From: an archaeon
GTDB taxonomy: Archaea > Nanobdellota > Nanobdellia > Pacearchaeales > DTIR01
Reading direction: 5' to 3'
Assembly (NCBI GenBank): GCA_043808285.1
Contig: JAZDFA010000015.1
Span: 46,085 to 110,084 of the forward strand
DNA length: 64,000 nucleotides
A program made the translations under genes and the position numbers. Within the stretch, counting starts at the first letter, position 1; each line of letters opens with the position of its first letter. Under the pieces are notes generated by a model. The model worked only from the letters and a program-made list of their open reading frames with translations. It was not told the DNA's origin and ran no database searches. Shown in pieces: positions 29,159 to 37,699 of this stretch.

Positions 29159-30358
29159 ATGATACAAGAATTAAAGTTTTACGTTAATGTTTTAAGCAAG
29201 GGTATGAAGTATAGGAGTCATTTTCTTAAGCAGATAAATTATCTTATAAAAAAAGGAAAATTCAGGAATGCCTACAACTATATCTGGGACTTCACCATGA
29301 GCGATGAAGAGGGAGTAGGATTGCTTAGCCCTATTTACAGAAGAAACCCCATGTTAGTCCCCTATCCCAGCAGGCTTGAACTAGAACCCACAAATGCTTG
29401 CAATCTTAAATGCATAAAATGCGAGCATACTTATTGGAAAGAAAAAGAAAAGAAGATGACTTTTGAGCAGTTCAAATATATTATAGACCAATTCCCCCAC
29501 CTTAAGGCAATAAGCCTCACGGGAATAGGGCATGCGTTCCAGGGAGATAATGAGGTGTTTAAAGAAGAATACCTCAAGATGCTAAGGTATCTTAAATCAA
29601 AACAGATTTTTGTACAATTCTTTGATCCCTTCTTACACATAAATGAGAATCTTGCAAGAGAGCTTATAAAAATAGGAGTTGATGTAATCTGGATGTCAAT
29701 AGATGGAGCAACAAAAAAGACCTACAACAAGCTCCAGATAAATTCAGACTTTGACACGGTAATAAAAAACGTCTCTACTATGATAAGGCTCAAGAAAGAG
29801 ATGAAATCAATGTTCCCGGAAATACACTTCCATTACATTGTCCAAAAGCTTAATGTTGATGAAATGCCGCAGTTTGTTGACCTCATAAATAAGATAACAA
29901 AAGACGACCCCACAGATCAGCGTTCAATAAGATTTACTAGACTTATTCCTTTTGAAAAAAATCTATGGCTAAAGCCGGAAGTAAGTGATGAGCTTATTGA
30001 AGAGACGAGGAAAAAGATAAGCAAATCAAAGAATCTCTTCAGAATAGGATTCCCATTGGCTGAGAAAAAATCTCCAATAAACTGCTGCACTTCCTGGGCT
30101 GTGCCATTCATAACTGTTGATGGCAGTGTATATCCCTGCTGTGGTTTCACAGAATTAAACAAGAGATCAGAAGTGAGAAAGATGCTTGAGCCAATATTCG
30201 GCAATGTATTCAAAAAGCCTTTCAAAGAAATATGGAACTCAAAACAATTTAAAGAGTTTAAGATTATGATACATAATAATCAAGTTCCCGCAGTTTGTAA
30301 TACTTTCAGAGAATGCCCAGCATTCGCAACTGGATGCATTGCAAAAAGAAAAAAATGA
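29159..30358 (+). CDS. Radical SAM enzyme with SPASM/twitch domain
   Basis: CNLKCIKCEH motif, closest paralog of 1349..2371 (EPTN.CNLKC); C-terminal VYPCCGF...CPAFATGC cluster. Confidence 0.8.
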   Translation: MIQELKFYVNVLSKGMKYRSHFLKQINYLIKKGKFRNAYNYIWDFTMSDEEGVGLLSPIYRRNPMLVPYPSRLELEPTNACNLKCIKCEHTYWKEKEKKMTFEQFKYIIDQFPHLKAISLTGIGHAFQGDNEVFKEEYLKMLRYLKSKQIFVQFFDPFLHINENLARELIKIGVDVIWMSIDGATKKTYNKLQINSDFDTVIKNVSTMIRLKKEMKSMFPEIHFHYIVQKLNVDEMPQFVDLINKITKDDPTDQRSIRFTRLIPFEKNLWLKPEVSDELIEETRKKISKSKNLFRIGFPLAEKKSPINCCTSWAVPFITVDGSVYPCCGFTELNKRSEVRKMLEPIFGNVFKKPFKEIWNSKQFKEFKIMIHNNQVPAVCNTFRECPAFATGCIAKRKK

Positions 30359-31275
30359 AATTCTTGATTACTGGTGGTGCAGGATTTATAGGAAGCCATA
30401 TAGCAAGAGCGCTTATTTCTGAGAATAAATGCAAGCCTGAAGATATAACTGTTTTTGATAATCTTAGTGTTGGAAAGGAAGAGAACATCCCTAAAGGATG
30501 CAAGTTCATAAAAGGAGACTTGAAAAATAAAGAGGAGATTATGAATGCTCTTAAAGGGATAGATCTGATATTCCATAATGCTGCATTTGTTTCTATCCGG
30601 GGCAGTTTTGAAAAATTAAGAGAAGAAATAGACACCAATTGCTCCGGCACATTGAATGTTTTTGAAGCCTGTCTTAAAAATAAGGTGAAGAAGGTGGTTT
30701 TTGCATCCTCCATGGCAGTATATGGAGAGCCAATAAATCTGCCTGTGGATGAAAAACACCCCCTTAATACTATCTCTCCCTATGGGTTGAGTAAAATAAG
30801 AGGAGAGATGTACTGCAGGATATTTGAAGAGCAGGGAATAGACTATGTAATACTGAGATACTTCAATACCTATGGAACAAAGCAGACTCCTTCCCCCTAT
30901 GTGGGGGTTATAACTACTTTTATTAATCAGGCTATTGATAAAAAGCCAATTACAATTTATGGTGATGGCAATCAAACAAGAGATTTTATCTGGGTAGAAG
31001 ATATCGCAAAGGCAAACTTGCTTGCAGCCTTCTCTAAAAAAAATGGAGTCTATAATGTTGCAAGCGGAACTGAAATCTCAATAAACCAAATAGCAGAAAA
31101 GATAATAGAATCAATTGGAGGGGGGAAAGAATATCTTCCAAATCCGTTTGGAGAGATAACTAGAATAAAGGCGGACATCTCTCTCATAAAAAAAGATTTG
31201 GGTTTTAAGCCTGTTGGCAAGGTATTGGAAAAAATATCGGAATTAGTGGATTTCTGGAGAAAACAGAAGAAATAA
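30355..31275 (+). CDS. NAD-dependent epimerase (UDP-hexose 4-epimerase-like SDR)
   Basis: MKFLITGGAGFIGSHIARALI. ATG 30355 overlaps the upstream stop (ATGA); the track ORF is over-extended to 30313. Confidence 0.75.
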   Translation: MKFLITGGAGFIGSHIARALISENKCKPEDITVFDNLSVGKEENIPKGCKFIKGDLKNKEEIMNALKGIDLIFHNAAFVSIRGSFEKLREEIDTNCSGTLNVFEACLKNKVKKVVFASSMAVYGEPINLPVDEKHPLNTISPYGLSKIRGEMYCRIFEEQGIDYVILRYFNTYGTKQTPSPYVGVITTFINQAIDKKPITIYGDGNQTRDFIWVEDIAKANLLAAFSKKNGVYNVASGTEISINQIAEKIIESIGGGKEYLPNPFGEITRIKADISLIKKDLGFKPVGKVLEKISELVDFWRKQKK

Positions 31276-31280
31276 CCAAT

Positions 31281-32678
31281 ATGAAAGTTTTATTTATACT
31301 TCCAGAAATTGGCTCCTATATCTCAATGCACCCAGGTATCGGGCAACTTTCTTCAGTTCTAAAAAAAGCAGGGCATAAAACTGACTTAATAGAATTTGGA
31401 AAATATGATATAAATCAAGTTTTCAGCAAGATTGATTCATGGAAGCCAGAAATAATTGCAATTTCAATAAATACCCACATGTTTTCCTATACTAAAAGAA
31501 TAACTAAAGAGATAAAAAGCAAATATCCTAATATGAAGATATTTGTCGGGGGAGTTCATATGAAGTTGTCCCCCGAATCTATAAATGAGTTGGAAGTTGA
31601 TGGTGTCTGTATAGGTGATGGAGATAATAAATTTCTTGAACTTGTAAATAAGATAGCAAAAAAACAGAACTATCTTAAAACTGGGAATTTCTGGTTTAAG
31701 AAAGGAAAAAAGATAATAAAAAATCCAATAACAGACTTTGCAGAGGATTTGAATAAACTTCCCATACCAGATTACTCTATCTTTAAGGAATTCAAAAGAA
31801 ATGGCAAAGAGGTCATCCCCCATTTTATGTTCTCAAGAGGATGCCCATTTAATTGTACGTACTGCTGCAATAGTGCCTTAATAAAAAAATTTCCCAATCC
31901 CTCCAAGTATGTTAGGATGCTAAGTGTCAAAAGAGTCATGGAAATTATGGATTATTTCGAGAAAAATTATAAGTTTAACCATTTTGAGATAGATGATGAT
32001 ACTTTCTCCCTAAATAAAAAATGGATATTGGAATTCTGCAGGGAATTCAAGAAAGGGTTCAAGAAAACATTTGTATGCAATATAAGAGTTGAAACTGCAG
32101 ATGAAGAGATTCTGCAGTCATTAAAAGATGCTGGTTGTGTGTTGATAAAAGTGGGTGTTGAAACAGGCAATGAAAATCTCAGAAAGACAATACTTGGAAG
32201 ATTTATGAAAAATGAGCAGATAATCAAGGTTTTTGAAATAGCAAGAAGAATAGGATTGAAAACATGCACATTTAATATGATTGGTGTTCCGGGTGAAACA
32301 AAGCAGACAATATTAGACAGCATAGAACTTAACAAGAAATTAAAGCCAGACTACATGCAAGTATCTCTTTTCTATCCATATAAAAATACCCCGCTTTATA
32401 ACACATGCATAAGAAATCATTATATTAGGGAAAAAGTAAAAGAAGAGGCGTTCACAGATTATTTTAAAGACAGCATACTTAACCTTCCAACCATCTCAAG
32501 AAAAGAACTAATCCATTATAAGAAGTATTTTAAGTTCAACATTTACAGAAGTTATTCTATGGAAAAGGCGTTTGTCTCCCTTATTGTGGATAGCAAAATT
32601 TACAGATCATTAAGAGGCACTAAAATTCTTTCATTAATTAAAAAAATGAAAAATGCTGTAATACCAGAAAAGAGGTAA
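31281..32678 (+). CDS. B12-binding-domain radical SAM enzyme (class B)
   Basis: N-terminal B12-binding-like domain and SRGCPFNCTYCCNS radical SAM motif. Confidence 0.8.
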   Translation: MKVLFILPEIGSYISMHPGIGQLSSVLKKAGHKTDLIEFGKYDINQVFSKIDSWKPEIIAISINTHMFSYTKRITKEIKSKYPNMKIFVGGVHMKLSPESINELEVDGVCIGDGDNKFLELVNKIAKKQNYLKTGNFWFKKGKKIIKNPITDFAEDLNKLPIPDYSIFKEFKRNGKEVIPHFMFSRGCPFNCTYCCNSALIKKFPNPSKYVRMLSVKRVMEIMDYFEKNYKFNHFEIDDDTFSLNKKWILEFCREFKKGFKKTFVCNIRVETADEEILQSLKDAGCVLIKVGVETGNENLRKTILGRFMKNEQIIKVFEIARRIGLKTCTFNMIGVPGETKQTILDSIELNKKLKPDYMQVSLFYPYKNTPLYNTCIRNHYIREKVKEEAFTDYFKDSILNLPTISRKELIHYKKYFKFNIYRSYSMEKAFVSLIVDSKIYRSLRGTKILSLIKKMKNAVIPEKR

Positions 32679-32679
32679 A

Positions 32680-32924
32680 ATGAATAAAAGGCTCATAGTT
32701 ATAGGAATTGAGGGGCAGACCTAAGGATATATTGAAAAAGCTCTAAAATCTGGGAGAATGCCTACATTTGCAAGGTTAATTGAAAATGGAATCTATGGCA
32801 AATTAAAAAGCAATATTTTACTTATCCTTCGGAAGAAGTTAATAGAGTAATGATTACTGCAATAGACAATATAGCAGAAGGAGGTTATTATCTCCCAGAG
32901 ATAGAACAAGAAATAGAAAAATAG
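32680..32924 (+). pseudogene. Degraded alkaline-phosphatase-superfamily (type I phosphodiesterase / nucleotide pyrophosphatase-like) gene with in-frame stop and internal deletion
   Basis: MNKRLIVIGIEGQT*GYIEKALKSGRMPTFARLIENGIYGKLKS...* then a separate-frame tail MITAIDNIAEGGYYLPEIEQEIEK*. The N-terminus matches the LxVIGIDG phosphodiesterase start. Confidence 0.45.
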
Positions 32925-32935
32925 TAATTTAAGAA

Positions 32936-33868
32936 TTATTTTTTTGTTCCAAGAACTGCAAAGCCTATTCTATCTTCCATCTTAAGTTCTGTTTTAAAGC
33001 CTTCTTTCCTAAACCATTCTTCTATCTCTGTTATTGTGTGCCTATGTACATACTCTGGAGAGAAATGGTCAAAAAGGCTCCACATAAATTCTTTCGTTGT
33101 TTTGTTGAATGCGGGCCTTCTTCCATTTCTAGTATTAATTTCTGCATACACCTTTGCAAAGGGTGCAAGAATCCAGCAGATAGCATAAATCATTGTTATG
33201 GGCAGCTTGTTTACAAATCCTCTTGATGCATAAATTAGAGATACTATCTTTGTATCATCTTTTCTATCCTTCCTGTATAGCCCAAGATAAAATTTTCCCC
33301 TCTTCTTTAATAATGGAAGCAGAGTCTTGAAGGCATTGTAAGTATTTGGCGTATGATGCAAGACTCCAAAAGAATAAATCATATCAAATGACCCTTTCTT
33401 AAATGGAGCCCTATCAATATTTCCCCTAACATACTGCGCAGAATCTGGAATTTTACTAAGATTATTCTTCCTATTAGAGTACATCATTATACTAGTGCTC
33501 ATATCCAGTCCTACTGCTAATCCCCTTTTTCCAACTAGTTCTGAAACAGCCATTTCAAGGTAGCCTCTTCCACAGCCTGCTTCAAGGGTATATTTTCCTT
33601 TCATCTTTTCTTTAGTTGTATTAAAATCATTTAAGAAAAGCTTTCTTACATTATCCATATCTGGAATGCCTTCTTTTTTCATTATCCCCCATTCTTTACT
33701 GAAGCTTAGTTCAGTTTTCTTGTATCTCTCTATTTGGGGGATAAGATTAGGTATTCCATCAACTACTAGAAACATATGCCCCTCCCCGCAAGTTATAGTC
33801 TTGCCCGAATACCTAAAACTGCTCTTGCATAAAGGGCAGCTCAAAATTCCTAACAACTTATCATTCAT
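32936..33868 (-). CDS. SAM-dependent methyltransferase with N-terminal Trm112-like zinc-ribbon domain
   Basis: N-terminal LGILSCPLCKSSF...TCGEGHMFLVVDGIPNL (Trm112/DUF343-like) then LEAGCGRGYL...VGLDMS class I MTase motifs. Confidence 0.65.
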   Translation of the reverse strand: MNDKLLGILSCPLCKSSFRYSGKTITCGEGHMFLVVDGIPNLIPQIERYKKTELSFSKEWGIMKKEGIPDMDNVRKLFLNDFNTTKEKMKGKYTLEAGCGRGYLEMAVSELVGKRGLAVGLDMSTSIMMYSNRKNNLSKIPDSAQYVRGNIDRAPFKKGSFDMIYSFGVLHHTPNTYNAFKTLLPLLKKRGKFYLGLYRKDRKDDTKIVSLIYASRGFVNKLPITMIYAICWILAPFAKVYAEINTRNGRRPAFNKTTKEFMWSLFDHFSPEYVHRHTITEIEEWFRKEGFKTELKMEDRIGFAVLGTKK

Positions 33869-33942
33869 TTTATAGTCGAATGATAAAAAAAAATTTTATT
33901 TATATATTTTTCTATCTAACCCCATTAGAGGAGAACAAAAAA

Positions 33943-35469
33943 CTAGATCTTATCAATAGATTTCTTCCTTAGTATCAAAAGTTTAAGCAGTTTAATGTCT
34001 TCTCTATTAATCCCTTTAATAAAAATTAATACTGTAAAATATAAAATTGCCCCTATAACAATTGCTATAGTACTAAATAAAATGGAAAGCGGCTGAATAT
34101 TGGAGATAATTATCATGGGAATTACCATGATAATGCTTGCAAAAATAGGCTTCAAAATCAAAGACATCCTGACCCCCACATTAAGTTCCCTCTTTGAAAT
34201 TATTGCCAATGAAAAAACATAAAAATATCTACTTATAAATGCAGCAATTGCGGCCCCTAAAGCGCCATATATCGGTTTTATTGAACTTAGCCATTTTATA
34301 AAAATAAAATTAAGGAGTATACTGATAATTGCAGTAACCAAGGTTATCTTTGCAACGTATTGCGGTTTTCCTTTAGATATAAGAATTGTATTGAAAAAAA
34401 CCCCAGTTACCATCTCAACAATTAAAAAAGAGAGGATGTAAAGAGGTATTATTGCTGCGAGGTATTCAGTTCCGAAAAGATATATTATAAATGGTTTCAC
34501 AACAAAAATCAATCCAATTGCAGAAGGTATTGATATGATTGCAGAATAATAAACAAACTTTTCAAAAAATTTAGCGAGTTTTTTCCCCCTAAGTTGTGCA
34601 AAAACTGGGAAGCTTACTTGAGCAAAGGACATTAGTGCAGCTATACCTGTAACTATGTTTAATGCAACCTGATAAAATCCCACCACAGAAGTATCTGAAA
34701 TCAAGGCACCAAGCATTACAGTGTCTACATGTAAGAAAAATGTGGTTGAAATACCTGCAATAGAAGTGAAAAAAAGAAATTTCATCAACCTCTTTTTATC
34801 TATTTCTACAGTTTCTCCATGCAATAAGAAAGGATATTTCTTTTTTGTAATTATGAATAAAAAAACAAGGGAAAATGAAGATGAAAGAATCAATGCAAAA
34901 AGAATAGATTCAACCCTGTATTTTAGTATACCGATGAATAAAGAAACTAATAGTATCCTAGAAACTTGGAAAATGGCTTCTGAGGCAAAAACATACTTTA
35001 TCTTTTTTACAGAATATGCGAAATAAAGAAAACTTGTAAGAAGCGAAGTTACAAAAAGGTAGAGTGCTCCAATTTGCAATGACAAGCTTATGTAAGGCTT
35101 ATTAAGTATGTTCTCTGAGATAACTCTTGAAAGCAGGAAAAGCGCTATAGCCAAAAATCCTGCTACAAATATCTTCATTAAAAGGCAAAATTTGAAATAA
35201 CTTCTTGCCCTTACTTTGTTATTCTTTCCAAGCTCTTCTGAAACATATTTTAATGAAGTGAGATTGATGCCATACTCTATTAATCCCAGCAGAAGTAATA
35301 TGACGCTTAATGCTAAGGCGTACTGCCCAAATAATTCTGGCAGAAGCAATCTTGCCATCACTATTGTGAATATCAATCCTCCTGCTTTTGTGACTATATT
35401 AAAAAAGAAATTCCAGAAAGTATTCTTTAGTGTGCTCTGCCCTAGATTCTCTTTACCTATTTTTGCCAT
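33943..35469 (-). CDS. MOP-superfamily oligosaccharide flippase (Wzx-like)
   Basis: 508 aa, ~12-14 TM helices, composition typical of polysaccharide biosynthesis/Wzx proteins. Confidence 0.7.
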   Translation of the reverse strand: MAKIGKENLGQSTLKNTFWNFFFNIVTKAGGLIFTIVMARLLLPELFGQYALALSVILLLLGLIEYGINLTSLKYVSEELGKNNKVRARSYFKFCLLMKIFVAGFLAIALFLLSRVISENILNKPYISLSLQIGALYLFVTSLLTSFLYFAYSVKKIKYVFASEAIFQVSRILLVSLFIGILKYRVESILFALILSSSFSLVFLFIITKKKYPFLLHGETVEIDKKRLMKFLFFTSIAGISTTFFLHVDTVMLGALISDTSVVGFYQVALNIVTGIAALMSFAQVSFPVFAQLRGKKLAKFFEKFVYYSAIISIPSAIGLIFVVKPFIIYLFGTEYLAAIIPLYILSFLIVEMVTGVFFNTILISKGKPQYVAKITLVTAIISILLNFIFIKWLSSIKPIYGALGAAIAAFISRYFYVFSLAIISKRELNVGVRMSLILKPIFASIIMVIPMIIISNIQPLSILFSTIAIVIGAILYFTVLIFIKGINREDIKLLKLLILRKKSIDKI

Positions 35470-35471
35470 GA

Positions 35472-36401
35472 TTAATCTTCCTTTCGGTAGTATTCAATAG
35501 TTTCCTTTAAACCTTGTTCAAGAGAGATTGTTGGCTGCCATTCAAGATATTTTTTTGCTTTTGTTATATCTGGGCATCTCCTCTCAGGATCATCAGCTGG
35601 GAGGTTCTTGAAAGAAAGCTGAGATTCAGAATGCAATAACTCCAACACTTTTTTTGCAAGATCTACAATAGTTCTCTCATCAGGATTTCCAAGGTTGATT
35701 ACTTTTCCTTTTAAATTACTTGTGAACATCAGCTTCATCAATCCCTCCACCATGTCAGATACGTAACAACAACTTCTTGTTTGTTTTCCATCACCATAAA
35801 TTGTTATTTCCTTTCCCCCTAATGCCTGATTTATGAAGTTAGAAACAACTCTCCCATCATCCCTTTGCATTCTTGGGCCATAGGTATTGAATATTCTTGC
35901 TATCCTTAAGTCAATATTATACTTCCTCATATAGGCCATACACAATGCTTCTCCGAATCTCTTACTTTCGTCATACATTGAACGAATCCCATTAGGATTT
36001 ACATTCCCAAAATATTCTTCTGTTTGTGGATGCTGTAAGGGATTTCCATAAACCTCGCTTGTAGAAGTAAAAAGAAACCTTGCATTGTTCTTTCTTGCGA
36101 TCTCTAGCAAATTAAGTGTTCCAACAGAATTGGCCAGTAATGTTTCAATAGGCATGTTCTGATAATCTTTTGGAGAAGCAGGACTAGCCATATGAAGAAC
36201 AAAATTCAATTTTTCATCCAAATCGAATAGTTTAGTTATATCCTGTTGTAAAAAATTAAAGTTATTTTGTATGTGCTCTATGTTCTTTTTTCTTCCAGTG
36301 CAAAGATTATCTACGCATATGACCTCATATTTCTTAGATAATTTTTCGCAGATCCAAGAACCAATAAATCCTGCCCCTCCAGCAACCAAAACCCTTTCCA
36401 T
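35472..36401 (-). CDS. UDP-glucuronate decarboxylase (UDP-xylose synthase-like SDR)
   Basis: VLVAGGAGFIGSWICEKL...VICVDNLCTGRKKNIEH closely matches the UXS signature; immediately downstream of ugd. Confidence 0.75.
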   Translation of the reverse strand: MERVLVAGGAGFIGSWICEKLSKKYEVICVDNLCTGRKKNIEHIQNNFNFLQQDITKLFDLDEKLNFVLHMASPASPKDYQNMPIETLLANSVGTLNLLEIARKNNARFLFTSTSEVYGNPLQHPQTEEYFGNVNPNGIRSMYDESKRFGEALCMAYMRKYNIDLRIARIFNTYGPRMQRDDGRVVSNFINQALGGKEITIYGDGKQTRSCCYVSDMVEGLMKLMFTSNLKGKVINLGNPDERTIVDLAKKVLELLHSESQLSFKNLPADDPERRCPDITKAKKYLEWQPTISLEQGLKETIEYYRKED

Positions 36402-36403
36402 GA

Positions 36404-37693
36404 TTATCTCCCCACCGAGAGGTACTTAAAACCTAATTTTTTCATTCTTTCTTTATTGAAAATATTTCTGCCGTCTATTATTATATTTCCTTTAAGCTTT
36501 TCTTTTATTACAGTTAAATCTAAATCCTTAAATTCCGGCCAGTCAGTAAGGATAACTAAAGCGTCTGCATCTTTTGCAGCATCATAAGGATTCTTGCAAT
36601 ATTCTATATCCTTAAATATACCTTTTGCAACTTCCATTGCCTTAGGATCATATGCTTTAATTATTGCCCCTCTTTCTTTCATCTTCTCGATTATTTCAAT
36701 TGAAGGTGCTAGTCTCATATCATCTGTATTGGCTTTGAACGCCAATCCCAAAATAGCCACCTTTTTTCCCTTCAAAGTACCTAGGGATTTTTCTATTTTA
36801 AAAACAAAATGCTTTCTCATATTCTTATTTATTTTTTGCACTTGTTCAAATAATCCAGAATTAATCGAGTTCTTCCTTAATATATGAATTAATGCGTCTA
36901 GGTCTTTTGGAAAACAAAATCCTCCATAGCCTATTCCTGCTTTCAAAAAGTTAGTTCCAATTCTTTTATCCATTCCTACCCCTTTTGCAACAGTCTCTAT
37001 ATCTGCATTTGTCTTCTCGCAGAGTAATGCAATTAAATTTATTGTTGAAATCTTCTGTGCAAGCATTGCATTGCTTAGATGTTTTATCAATTCTGCAGAA
37101 TTTATGTCCGTAAATAATATGGGGGCATTAAGTGGTTTATAGATCTCTGAAAGCAAAGAGTACGCTCTTGAATTCTCAGCACCTATCACTATCCTGTCTG
37201 GATTCATGAAATCATAAACTGCAGAGCCCTCTCTTAAAAACTCTGGATTTACTGCTATATCAAACTCTGATTTCATGTTTGAAATTATGCTTTTAAGCCA
37301 CTTCGCAGTCTGTACAGGAACTGTGCTTTTTTCCACTATGACTTTGTATTTATCTGAAACAGATGCGATTTCTTTTGCAACATTGCCCACTGCACTTAAG
37401 TCTGGCTCTCCATTCTCTTTTGGAGGAGTGCCAACGCATATGAATATAATCTCTGATTCTCTTGCTGCTTTTTTTATGTCAGTTGTGAAAAAAAGTCTTC
37501 CTTCCTTGTAATTTCGCTTTACTAAATTATCTAATCCTGGCTCATATATTGGAATTTTATTATTTGTCAAATCTGAAATTTTTTCTTTGTTGTTATCAAC
37601 ACAAATTACTTTGTTTCCCAATTCTGCAAAACACGCCCCAGTAACCAACCCGACATATCCTGAACCTATAACTGCAATATTTCTAGAGGCCAT
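36404..37693 (-). CDS. ugd: UDP-glucose 6-dehydrogenase
   Basis: IAVIGSGYVGLVTGACFAELGNKVICVD, catalytic GGFCFPKD motif. Confidence 0.9.
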   Translation of the reverse strand: MASRNIAVIGSGYVGLVTGACFAELGNKVICVDNNKEKISDLTNNKIPIYEPGLDNLVKRNYKEGRLFFTTDIKKAARESEIIFICVGTPPKENGEPDLSAVGNVAKEIASVSDKYKVIVEKSTVPVQTAKWLKSIISNMKSEFDIAVNPEFLREGSAVYDFMNPDRIVIGAENSRAYSLLSEIYKPLNAPILFTDINSAELIKHLSNAMLAQKISTINLIALLCEKTNADIETVAKGVGMDKRIGTNFLKAGIGYGGFCFPKDLDALIHILRKNSINSGLFEQVQKINKNMRKHFVFKIEKSLGTLKGKKVAILGLAFKANTDDMRLAPSIEIIEKMKERGAIIKAYDPKAMEVAKGIFKDIEYCKNPYDAAKDADALVILTDWPEFKDLDLTVIKEKLKGNIIIDGRNIFNKERMKKLGFKYLSVGR

Positions 37694-37699
37694 AAAAAA

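Noticed and set aside
32680-32724. Stop-codon recoding (TAA read as sense) to explain the in-frame stop in the phosphodiesterase-like ORF.
   Set aside because: All other genes in the window terminate normally at TAA/TAG/TGA with no internal stops, and the remnant is also truncated and frame-broken further downstream. A pseudogene is the simpler explanation.
1-37693. RiPP (ribosomal peptide) cluster interpretation of the SPASM radical SAM genes.
   Set aside because: No short precursor-like ORFs, peptidases or transporters adjacent to the SPASM genes. All neighbours are glycan-biosynthesis enzymes. This cannot be fully excluded without searches.
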